Assembly: GCA_048128005.1 (NCBI GenBank)
Contig: JBEUKZ010000107.1
Span: forward strand, 434,001-498,000
Length of the DNA: 64,000 nt
Direction: 5' to 3'
Source of the DNA: Veleropilina oligotropha
Taxonomy: Eukaryota
Made by a program: the position numbers and the translations under genes
The notes under the pieces: model-generated
Seen by the model: only the letters and a program-made list of their open reading frames with translations
Database searches by the model: none
Told to the model about the DNA's origin: nothing
In this document: positions 28,501 through 40,757 of the stretch, one piece after another
How positions within the stretch are numbered: the first letter of the stretch is position 1
How the letters are laid out: each line of letters starts with the position of its first letter

Positions 28501-31500
28501 TACCCTTCGGGCGGGGGATAAAAACACCAATTTATTTGCATAAATTAAATGAAACTTTATTCATTATCACTGCCAGAGTACCAGGTAACATGAGGTTTTT
28601 AATTAAACCTGGGACTATTATAAGAGGGACTGGAAGCTCTGGCCAATTAGCCGAATCGCCGTCAATGTGGTACTCGCTATTGTTCTCGTGTTTAGCGCAC
28701 TGCGCATGTGCGTAGTGGGCTTTGGCTTTGTGACAAGACTATTTTATCCCCAATTAGGACCAATGCGGTAAATTATAAGTTTGAATTCACAAAATACCTA
28801 TTAAACACGAAATTCGATTAACACAACATATGATAACGATTTTACTTTTTAATTATTTTATTTTGTACGGTATTCAAACTAAATATATTGCATAATTATT
28901 TATTATAAATAAAATTCAATTCAAACAATTATTGAAAGCGATCTATGTTAATTGTTAAATAAATTGATTGGGCAATTAAAATATAAATAAGTTCTAATGA
29001 ATTTATCTTTATTACTGAATCGGATCCATATAAATGACCCCAACTACTTTTCTAATGGTTATCAAAACAAACGTTTATATTCAATAGAGACTATAAAGGT
29101 AGCCACTAATTGCATTTCATTCTATGTTTTGCTTTACATGTTGTTATAATGTACAAGCGGTCAGTAATTTGTCTGCTCAATAACAATGGGGAAAACTTAA
29201 ATTTGGCACTATAATGAAGTATTATTGAAACGGACCATGTTACCAGTTAGACACCTTTGATAAGCTATTTTAAGACGTAAATAATCTAATTAAATCTTCG
29301 TTTTATTTCCCTGTACAATAGCCGAGTCGATGTAATCGAGTGTAAATTAGAAAAAAAGGTGAAAATATTCCATAATAAAATGAAACAAATAAAGAAGAGA
29401 GTCCATCACAAAATGAATATCAACGATTGATATATTTAAGAACATTGGTCGTTTTAAAATGCAAATATGTGCTATAAATCTTCGTTATATTTCACTACGC
29501 AATAGATGAGCTCAAGCAATTGAATGAAAATAAAAAGATGGTGCAAATATCAAAAAGTATAATGTAACAGCTGGCGAGGAGAAGAAGTTGCAAAATCGAG
29601 TACTTTGCACTGTGAAAATATTAACGCTGAACATATTCAGGAAATATCGTCATTTTAAAATGCAATTATACGATATAAATCTTCGTCAAATTTCACTTCA
29701 CAATAGAAGAGTCGAAGCAATAGGATATAAATAAAATGATGGGCAAGAGATTCAAAAGTAAACTGTAGCAGCTGACGAGGAGAAGCGGTTGCAAAATGTA
29801 CTATTTTCCATTCTAAAACTTTCTTATCGACGCCATTTCGATTCGAAAATAGTCTAGTCACAAAGCCAAAGCCTACTACGCACATGCGCAGTGCGCTAAA
29901 CACGAGAACAATAGCGAGTACCACATTATTGATGGCGATTCGGCTAATTGGCCAGAGCTTCCAGTCCCTCTTATAATAGTCCCAGATTAAACCTAATATT
30001 AGTTAAAACATACTTACGTCCTTACTCTTGCCATAATAGTCATATTATCGCCAACCGGAAACAGTGAATAAAGTCACATTTAGGCACTCCTTTTAAGTCA
30101 AACACTACGATTACCTCCCCTGCTCCACCTCTCCTAAGTTCCCCCAGCGAGATCTCGCCAAGTCTCGCGAGACTTCCGAGCCATCGAAGTCACAAGACCT
30201 CAATTCAAAGTTCAGAACCCCAAAGGAACTTAGTAGAGGGGAGGAATGCGAAACGCAGGGTGGGTAATCGTAGTAAGGACGTAAGTATGTTTTAACTAAT
30301 ATTAGGTTTAATTAAAAACCTCATATGTAGTTACAAACATACTTACGTCCTTACTCTTGCCAGAATAACCTTGGATAGGTGGGTAAGAAGTTCCTTACAG
30401 CAAACCCAAACAAGATAATGACTTACTTTTCACCATTTCAATCAGCATGAAGCGTCGATTGTGTCCGCCCAGAGTGGAATTTACTGAGTATTATATTCTA
30501 CTCTTACCAAGCGAGAATTTCGACCAGTGTTACCGGGAGAATACGCCGTGGTGTTAGTCGGACGAGGTGAAGCGGAAGTGCACTCAGCCCCAGGCACGGC
30601 CGGAAGGATTATCCCTGTAGGTCTTACGTGTCATGGACCAGTGGCAGCCAAATGGTACTCCGGCCCGTAGGCAGGTAGCCAGAGGAAGCAGTCGGATTTG
30701 TAAGCACACGGAACCTTAGTTAGGCTGTGAATATATCAAATCTTAAGCAAAGAATTAATAGATTATTAATAATAATCGATATTAATAAGTAATTCGCATG
30801 ACCAACTTGCGAATAGCTAACATGAGTACAACATGTTACTTAAAATAAATTTTAAGGAAGCAAATATTAAAATTTTTTCAATGTCTTGAACATCGTATGT
30901 TCTTTGTAACAGCCTAGAACATCAATAATATTGAACCTCAAAATTCTATAAGACGTTTATGCAAAATAATTGTTTATTAAATTCAATGTGAACTGGCTTG
31001 TCAAAATACTCAGGTATGACATGAAAGTATCAAAATCTTAAAATGTTTTTAAGAAATGAACATACATTGAATCGCCTCAGAATGTCTATTTCATAGAATA
31101 GCTAGGCATAACAATAGCATTGCATCAGCACAGATTATGTAAATTGATAAATCAAGGAACAATACTCACTGATTAGACGACCTCGGTCTAACAATACATC
31201 GTTGAGCAGCAACGCACTGTAAGCTGCTCAACCCATCAGCACCAGTTGAATAATCCCGCAGGTAATACTTGACAAAGACATTTGCATTCTTCCAGTAACC
31301 TGCTTGAAGCAACGCTGTGATATTTAAACTGTGTCGGAAGGCAATAGACGCAGCAATTGCACGGACCTCGTGCGCGCGGACCGACAAAGTAGTGCGGTCT
31401 ACTTCTTCACAGCGGAGGTATACATCTCTCACTACCTGTGAAATCCACCGCGAAACAGTCGTCTTCGTAATGTCGCGGGTATAAGTTGGTAAATACGAAA

Positions 31501-34500
31501 TGAATAAACGTAATTTTCCCTGCCGCATATCACGGGTCCTGTCGAGGTAGAAGCGTAGGGCCCGCACGGGGCAGTTTAACCGGTCTACATCGTGCCTTCC
31601 GACCAGCGTAAGCTTGGGGATAATAATATCAGGTTCGTCCTCGTTCGGCCGTTGGTTCTTGGCGGGAAAGCCCAGAATCGGACGCAGCATCACCGACCCG
31701 TCTGACTGGAATCGAATATCTCGTAGCTCGGCGGATAAACTATGAATCTCGGAACAACGCCTGCCCGACGCTAAGGCGATCAGAAAAACCGTTTTGTGCG
31801 TTAAGTTCCTCATAGACACCGTGGACATCGGCTCGTACGGGGGTAAGTGTAGAGCGTTAAGTATCAGAACGATATTCCAGGCAGGTGGCCGTATGGTTCG
31901 GTCGCTAGATAGGCCAACATGGGCACGACACTGTTTTAACGTGGTCGCGATCGTTGCCCGATAGCCTTTGACGGCGGACACTGACATACCGCGTTCACAG
32001 AGCGACGATAAAAACTCGATAAACGTGTTCACAGGGGGGCGGAGAATATTGACTTGCCGGCTGTGACACCAATCCACGTACTTGACCCATCGGTAGTCAT
32101 AAACTTTTGTCGTGGAAAGCCTTCTCGATCGGTAGATGCGTAGGGCTGTTGCGTGAGAAAATCCTTTCTTAGCAAGGGATCGTTCGATAACCGCCAGGCG
32201 TGTAAACGTAAGTCGTTCGGCGATGGATGTAGTACACGGGTGCGCGGCTGCATTAACAGGTCCGGTTTCTGCGGGAGCGCTAACGGTCGATCGACGATCA
32301 GATCGAGGAGGGTCGGAAACCAAGGTTGCGTGCGATACAGGGGCGCGATTAGCGTTATCTCGCAACGTTCGTTCGATGCCTTCTGTAATACCAGTGTCAG
32401 AATGCACGACGGGGGAAGGCATACGCGGACAGATTCTCCCATGTCATTGACAGTGCGTCGACCGCTAGGGCGGCCGGGTCCGGGTACGGGGAGACATACA
32501 GAGGTAGTCGGTGATTGAATTCTGTCGCAAACAGATCGACTAGGGGTTGTGACCACCGGCGACAAACGTCCCGAGCTACTCGGCTGTGTAGCGTCCACTC
32601 TGTGTGTATTATCTGTGATTTCCGAGAGAGCGAATCCGCTCTGACATTCAGCTTTCCCGGGATGTGTCGGGCTCGAATCGTCGAGTTGAGGGACATCACT
32701 AGGCGGTGTAGGTCTATTGCTCGGTCGCAAAGGGGACGCGAGCGAGTGCCGCCCTGGTGCTGGATGTAAGGGACGACAGTCGTGTTGTCCGTGGCGAGCA
32801 TTATGTGCTTGTTGCGGAGATGTGACGAGAGAGACCGTACTGACAGGTAGACGGCTTCTAACTCTAGGAAGTTGATATGTCGTCCCTGAAGGTCCGTCGG
32901 CCATAGGCCCGATGTCTCGTAACTGTCGAGGTGACCTCCCCAGCCGTCGTTCGAAGCGTCTGTGAACAGGTAAGCGTTCGGCTCTGGCGGGGATATAGGA
33001 ACCGACTGGTCCGGCAAAGCAGGGTTCAACCACACTGCTGTCGTGTTGGTAAACCAATGCCGAAGATCGATGCGATCCGTCCACTGCCCCGTCCGTTGTA
33101 TCCAGCGATCCCTGAACTTCTGTTGTAACGGTCGTTTGTCCATGCGACCCGTCGGTAGCAGGGTCGCTACCGACTCGATGTGCCCCAGGACAGTGGCCAG
33201 TTGTCGCGCTGTAGTTATGTCCGATGACAGGGTGTCTTGGATAACCGCGCGTAGGTTCCGCATACGTTTCTGGGTCGGTTTCGCGGTGTACCGGACCATA
33301 TCGAAGTCGACTCCGAGGAACGTAAACGTCGTCGAGGGCACGAAGCAGGATTTTGTCTCGTTGATCTGAAATCCCAGGCGCTTCGTCGATGACAGGGTAA
33401 AGCTCGTAGACCGGAGGCACAGATCTCGGGACGCCCCGAGGATCAGCCAGTCGTCGAGGTACATATGTACCCTGTGCCCTAGAGAGTGTAGGAAGGCCCC
33501 GAGGGCCTGTACTGTTCTCGTGAAGACGTACGGGGCTGACGATAGACCGAGCGGTAGGCACCTGAATTGGTAGATCGTCTCCCCGTGTAAAAACCGAAGG
33601 TACTGATGAGCCGTGATATGCATCGGGACATGCAGATACGCGTCGGTCAGATCGATAGACGCTGCCCAGTCTCCCGGACGGATGGCCGCTCGTATCTTCG
33701 AGAGGGTTTCTTGCTGGAATTTCTCGGTACGAAGATATCGGTTGAGATGCGAGAGATCGAGGATCGGTCGCCAGCGGCCATCGGGTTTCGGGACCAGGAA
33801 GAAATGGCTGTAAAATCCTGGTGTGCTGGGCGGCGCGGGATATATCGCTCTTTTTAGGAGCAAATCCCGCACTGCCTGGTCTAAGACCGCTTGTTTCTCT
33901 CCGTTTAGGAGGCGAGCGTGTCTTGGTGGTGGTGCCTCGGTTAGGGTCGGATGCCGGTTGAATGCCAACTTGTATCCGGCACTCACGACTAAGTGGACCC
34001 AGTTGCTGTCTGTCAGCTCTAGCCACGACTGGCTGTACGCTAACAGGCACGCTCCCACCGGCGGAAGCGGGCAACTGGGACCGTCGCGAATGCCGGCAGC
34101 CCTAGGGCCGAGGCTTCCCTCTCCCGCTCTGCTTACAGGGTTTCGCTGGAGGTGCTCGCCTCGTCGGAGTGGGTTTATTGGCCGGAGGCCTCCCACCCGA
34201 AGAGGGCTTCGCATGCTTAGAAGGCTTCGGGGTCCGGGTGGGCCCTGAGCGCTTCCTCGAGTCGGCAGGTGGACCCCGGGTAGGGTGCAGTACCGCCTTC
34301 TCGATGGCACGGTCCTTCATGTCCGCCGCTCTCTTGTCGACGAACTCCGTAAAGTTGTCGCCAAAAAGAGTGGTGGCCGAGCAAGGCACGCATCGCAACG
34401 AGCGCCGGGTGGCCTCGTCTAGCGAGGTGCCTTCCAGGCAAGCATCCCTACGAAGTAGGTGGGCATTGCCCAGGACACGTCCCGTCTCCAACGCGCTGGT

Positions 34501-37500
34501 CTCCTGTGCGGCAGCAACCTCCTGAAGGAAGGACAGGGCAGCCTCGTGGGCGCCGGGTCCATCCTCCTGTAGTACGGCTATCGCGCAGTCCAAGAAAAAA
34601 TCCTGAACGGACGACAGCCGCAGAGCCGGTCGGGCGGCGCTCTCGAAAGCTTCCAAGGCGGACCAAGGAACTTTCGCCACGGAGGGAGTGTGACTGGCGG
34701 TCAGTCGACGCAACGCTGCGTCCACATGAGCCGGCTCAGTCGCCAGGCACGGACCAGTACAGGCGAACGGGATCGAACGCGAACTGGCCCGGAGGTACCT
34801 CCCACTACGGAACCCCGAAGGGAACTCGGTCAGCGGGGAGGACTCCACCGGATTGCGCCCCTGTATGAGCTTGGTTATCGAGTCGACCACTAGATCAACC
34901 AGCCCAGACTGAGGTAAGGAGGGGAGCTCGGGGGCTTCCCTCTCAACAAACCGATGTGCTGCCGTCCTGTGCTTGGCTGAACCTACGGCCGACCGAGTCG
35001 GTTCCGGCAGGCCAAGCACCCCGCGAAGTGACGCAACGGCGTCGAGCCTTCGGCGGGTGGAGGAGGTCGGCTCCTGCGTGCCTGAAAGACTAACGTCTTC
35101 GGGCCCGACCGATTCAGGGAGGTCGAGTGATTGGAACCGAGGTCCTCGTCGGAACGAGGGTCGATTTCCATCACGGAGGCAGGAGCCGTGCTCTGCGCCA
35201 AGGGCAGATATGTAGGTACCAGGCGCGGCTGGGGAGCCGTCGGCCAGGTCTTACATTGTTCCTCGAACCCCGCTGCGATCCATGCCTGGACGTTCTCCAA
35301 AGAGAAACCCTGAGGCAGGACGGGCGTCGAACTAACAGCCGGTAGTTCACTCGAGTAAACCTTGGCGCTAGGTAGACGGGCTGCACGGACAGGTGGATCC
35401 GAGGACCAGGGTCCCAGGGCACTTGTCGAGCGGTCGAACCCGAAAGAACGGCCCGGAGGCGCGTTCGGTGGGCCGGACGACCGGTAGGACTGCGGCAACA
35501 GTCCGTATCGGTCTACCACTCTGTTCGGGAGAGGCACGGTCGGAAAACCGCCGTAGAACCCCTCACCGAACGCAGCCGGTCTGTCCACGTTCTCTAGCGT
35601 GACCATCGTGGGTGCACGGGAAAGAACGGGCCCTCTGAACGTCTCGTGAGCTTCGAGGTTGAGCGGAAAACCCCTAGGGGTAGTCGCGTCGGTCTCGATC
35701 GAGGATTCAGGTGTCGCCAATTGTCCGGATCTTAGACCATCGAAATGGTGTCCGGCCTCTTTAAAGGCTTTCTCATTGGGTCGCTCCCCGTCGTTAAACG
35801 GAGAGTTTCCCGCAGAAGGACTAACTTTCCCCGGATTCTTCGAGGCCGAAGAATAGGAGGGGGATCGTCTGCCCTGTTCAGCTGTTCGCTGCGCTGCCAG
35901 ATATACCTTGCTAGCCGGCAAGGTATGGTTGGCTGCAGCTACTAGGCCCGTTTGAGGAGGAACGGTCGGCACTCGGGCCGTTACCTGAATCTGGGGTCCC
36001 GGCAAGGTTTCGGCGACTCCCCCAAGAGTCGCGGAGGTTTCGCCGGTGGATCCGGCGACAGACGGTACCTTACGTCGGCTGTCGTCCAGCGTCCCTGAAG
36101 CAGACAAAGAAGAAACGTTATCCCTTAACTTACCAGTCTCTTCTTGACCCTTCTCCGGGGGAGGACCCACCGTGGCAGTCGCCCTGGTCGACTTACCCGG
36201 GTGGGATAGAACCACCCACTGCTTCTCTGATAAAAGAAAGCACAGATCACATTGATGTTTTTTACTACAACTATGGTGAATACGGCATTCCGTGTGCTTA
36301 TCAAAGCCGTGAATCTTCTGGCTACACCCGGAGCAACTGCACCGGACCATAGCTGAATACACGGGAGGGTGGTAGTGGGTGGACGGGGTAGTTAAATAAG
36401 TATATATATGGTAGTTGTGACTTTTACTACAACAACTCTCAAAATTGCCCTGATCTGAAGATCAAAGATCAGCCGATATACCGCAAAAACCCCCGAACTG
36501 CGAACACCGAGGCTGGGTAATAACCCGGCACGACCCGGTAAAAAACCCGGCAAATTGACTAGAACAAACGGGGGTTCTTTCTTAGAAAAAACCACCCAGA
36601 AAAACACCTGAAAACCTCGTGGATGTTTTTATGTTAGTACAATGGCGTATTATCCCAGCAATGACAGGATATCAGAATAACTAAAAGTGATATCTAAACA
36701 ATCCTGTCTATTAACGACGCTAGAATTGTTATACAAAATTACCAGCAATAAGCGTCGTTAAGGAATTATCCAATATAATGAGTTACCTGTTTGCAGTCTC
36801 AAACAATATCAGATAAAAATACCGACCAGAATTTCTTCTACTACACGAAACTTCCCCTCTAAGCGGCCATGCTTTTCCCTGCAACAGCGGCGATGTCGGT
36901 TTCACTTGATTTCAGAACTTCTCGAAGTTTTTAGAATCACAATCTTCTTATTCACTTGTGTTTATCTATCCACAACACAGTGTAATTCCACAACTTATAT
37001 TTATCAAGTATATAAGTTATATAGCGTCCTCGATTTAAACATATAAATCGCAGACAAATTCGAAATATTTGCGGAGCAAAAACACGTCTTTCCGTCTCGG
37101 CGGAAAACTTTGAATTGAGGTCTTGTGACTTCGATGGCTCGGAAGTCTCGCGAGACTTGGCGAGATCTCGCTGGGGGAACTTAGGAGAGGTGGAGCAGGG
37201 GAGGTAATCGTAGTGTTTGACTTAAAAGGAGTGCCTAAATGTGACTTTATTCACTGTTTCCGGTTGGCGATAATATGACTATTATGGCAAGAGTAAGGAC
37301 GTAAGTATGTTTGTAACTACATATCCCCATATTCAAAACCAAAGTGCCATACATATGCCAAAAAGACCCTTGAGCAAGCCATTTACATTCAATGAAAAAC
37401 TTTAACCATAAATTCTAACCCGAATTTCTATGTTAATAAACACCAATTTATTTGCATAAATTAAATTAAATTTTATTCATTATCACTGCCAGAGTATCAG

Positions 37501-40500
37501 GTAACATCCACATAATCAATACCTAAGCATATATATGCCAAAAAGTCCATGAAGCAAGTCATATACACACACTCAAATGAAAAACTTTAACCAGAAATTT
37601 CTAAACAGAATTTCTATGTTCAAAAACACCAATTTATTTGCATAAATTAAATTAAATTTTAGTCATTATCACTGCCAGAGTATCAGGTAACATACATGTA
37701 TATAATCAATACCAAAGCATGTATTTGCCAAAAAATCCATTGAGCATGCCATATACACTCAATAAAAAACTTTAACCAGAAATTCTAACCAGAATTGCTA
37801 TGTTCAAAAACATCAATTTATTTGCAATATTTAAATTAAATTATATTCAATATTACTGCCAGAGTATCAGGTAACATCCATATAATCAATACCAAAGCAT
37901 ATATATGCCAAAACGTCCCTTGATAAAGCCATATACTCTCAATGAAAAACTTTAACCAACTCCGGACACACACACATACATACGCACATACAAAGTGAAA
38001 GCTATATGCCCTTCGGGACTATCGTCCCGGGGCATAACAATAGCAGGTAACAACTATGAAGCATACACCAATGCATATGCTTGCAACAACATGTCTTGAT
38101 CAATCAATATGCGCTAATTGAATAACTTAAACCGAAAATGTTTACTAAATTTCTATGTCAAAAAACACTTTATTTTATTTTAAATTGTATTAAATTTCAC
38201 TTCCAGAATAGCAGGTAGTGTCAATATGGCCAACACCAATTTGGCAAAGTATATGCATTAAAAAAGTGCTTTACTAAACCTATATGCAATAATCGAAAAA
38301 CATTAACCTAATAAATGTAACTAAAATTTTTATATAAACAAGAACCACGGTCCGATATGTCTCGCCCCTTTAGATTTAGGAATTTAATAGAAAAGTGATT
38401 ACAATCATTGAAAAACTTTAGCCAAAAATTATAAGTCCAAAAACACAAATGTTATGCATCAATTATATGAAATTTTATTTCATATCAATGCCAGAGTATT
38501 AGGTGATATCCATATAAACAATACCATAGCATACATATTCCAAAAAGGGACTTTAGTAGCCAATATCCACTAAATTAAAAACTTCAACCAAAAACTATAA
38601 CCAAAATTTCTATGTCCACAAACACCACTTTATTCTCATTAATTATATTAAAATGTATTCCATATTACTGCCAGAGTATCACCTGGTGACATCCATACAA
38701 TCAATAACAAAGGATATATATGCCAAAATGTGCCTTGAGCAAGCCATATACATTTGATGAAAAACTTTAACCTAAAGTTCACCTAAATTTCTATGTTAAA
38801 CAAGTACCACGGTCCGATATGTCTCGCCCTTTAAATATATATATCAATGTATCATAAAATTCCATTCAATGAAAAACTTTAACCGAAAAAACTTTAACCG
38901 AAATTGACACGCCGACGACGACGCCGCCGGAAAATGTAATCCCTAAGTCTCGCTTTCCCTTCGGGGCGAGACAAAAAGACCACCATATTACCATTAATTA
39001 TATTAAAATTTATTCAATATCACTGCCAGAGTATCAGGTGACATCTATACAACCAATAACAAAGCATATATATGCCAAAAATTGCCTTGGGCAAGACATA
39101 TACAATTGATAAAAAACTTTAACCTAAAATTTGCTGAAATTTCTATGTCCCAAAAGACCACTATATTTCCATTAATTATATTAAAATATATTCAATATCA
39201 CTGCCAGAGTATCAGGTGACATCCATACAACCAATAACAAAGCATATATATGCCAAAAAGTGCCTTGAGCAAGCCATATACACTTGATGAAAACCTTTAA
39301 CCGAAAACTTTAACCTAACATTTGCCTAAATTTCTATGTCCCAAAAGACCACTATATTAATTCCCATTAATTATATTAAAATTTATTCAATATCAGTGCC
39401 AGAGTAACAGGTGACATCCATACAACCAAAAACAAAGCATATATATGCAAAAAAGTGCCTTGAGAAAGTCATATACACTCAATGAAAAACTTTAACCAAG
39501 ATGACACGACGACGACGCCACCACCTCCGCTGCCGGAAAAAGCAATCCCTTAGTCTCGCTTTCCTTCGAGGCGAGACAAAAACATCAATTTCACAAATTA
39601 TTTATATTAAATTTTGTTCAATATCACTGCCAGGGTAGCAGCTAACATCAATATAGCCAGCAACGAAGCATAAGTGTGCAAAAAAGTGCAATGATCATTG
39701 TATAAGCACTCATTGAAAAACTTTAACCGAAAAATGTTAACTAAATTTCTATATCCCAAAATACCAATTTCATGCATTATTTATATAAAATTATAATGTA
39801 AATCATTGCCAGAGTATCAGGTCACATCCATATAACCATTACTAAAGCTTGTATATGCCGAAATGTACCTTGAGCAATCGATATACACTCAAACAAAAAC
39901 TTTAACCGAAAAATGTCTATGTTCAGTGCTTTTTTTTCACAAAATAATAAGAAATCTTTTCGTTTTTGGTTCCAACTAAAGGCTAAACATGTCTACTTTC
40001 CATCTAAATTGGTTTGATTGAGTTATTCATCCATTAAATGCATGTAATACCTCATCCAAAAACATTAATCAAAAGTGTGACCGGACGGACGGACGGAGGC
40101 TATCCCTATATCCCCCTTCGGCTTTTTCCTTTGGAAGCCGCGGGGGATAATAAGAATATGGTTAACATCAAATCTTATTTAAATGTTATATACAGTCGCC
40201 ATGACAGGTATCATGGTAAATGATGATTAACATGAAAACATATGATAGCCATGCTCCCATCCAATACATCACGGGCGTCATCCTCAAATGATGACGGATA
40301 ATATTCATGATTGGAGGGTGAGGACGTAACGGCCTTACCCTCCTCTTGTATGGCGAAGTAGTATTCCTGGCGCATGTGGTCCCTGAGAGCTTTGGCCTGC
40401 TTCTCCTCCTCACTCTCCTCTTCAGCAGCTATCAAGAAACAGATTTAATTCATGTATTAACAAGAGCAAAAGCTCCAAATGGCTCGCGATCAATCACTTA

Positions 40501-40706
40501 TATTTCATGAGTATTGTGTCTACATTCAATAGTAGATGACATGGTTAATTTGAAATAGACATATAAAGCATGTAAAAAGTTGTATAAAGAGCAAAATGGC
40601 TAGTTAAAAATTTCAATTAAATTGCTTTCAATATTTATACTCTAGGGTTAGATGACAATGAAATAGTGATATTTGACAAAGAAAGAAGCCAAAATATGCC
40701 TATTAT

Positions 40707-40757
<51 letters not shown>

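Larger units (their letters stand above)
28590..37324 (-). mobile_element. DIRS1-like tyrosine recombinase retrotransposon (about 7.35 kb without the nested MITE)
   Basis: gag, RT-RNaseH-MTase and YR ORFs; inverted terminal repeats; ICR complementary to both termini; host repeat resumes on both sides. Confidence 0.95.
25865..40150 (-). mobile_element. Nested stack of Helentron/HINE-like elements with roughly 180-bp internal arrays (25865-40150, 26293-38037, 27512-28521, 38337-39580, 38799-38975)
   Basis: Each aacaag/aactag end has a motif matching its own far-end hairpin (atcccccgc/gcgggggat, atgccccg/cggggcat, gtctcgcc/ggcgagac) next to a microsatellite. Confidence 0.72.

Noticed and set aside
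30430..30720. Hammerhead or HDV-like ribozyme call
   Set aside because: No CUGANGA/GAAA core in correct geometry and the HDV P3/L3/P1.1 pattern does not fit; kept only as an unclassified candidate structure.
32153..35945. Plus-strand ORFs within the DIRS
   Set aside because: Antisense shadows of GC-rich coding sequence with no motifs.
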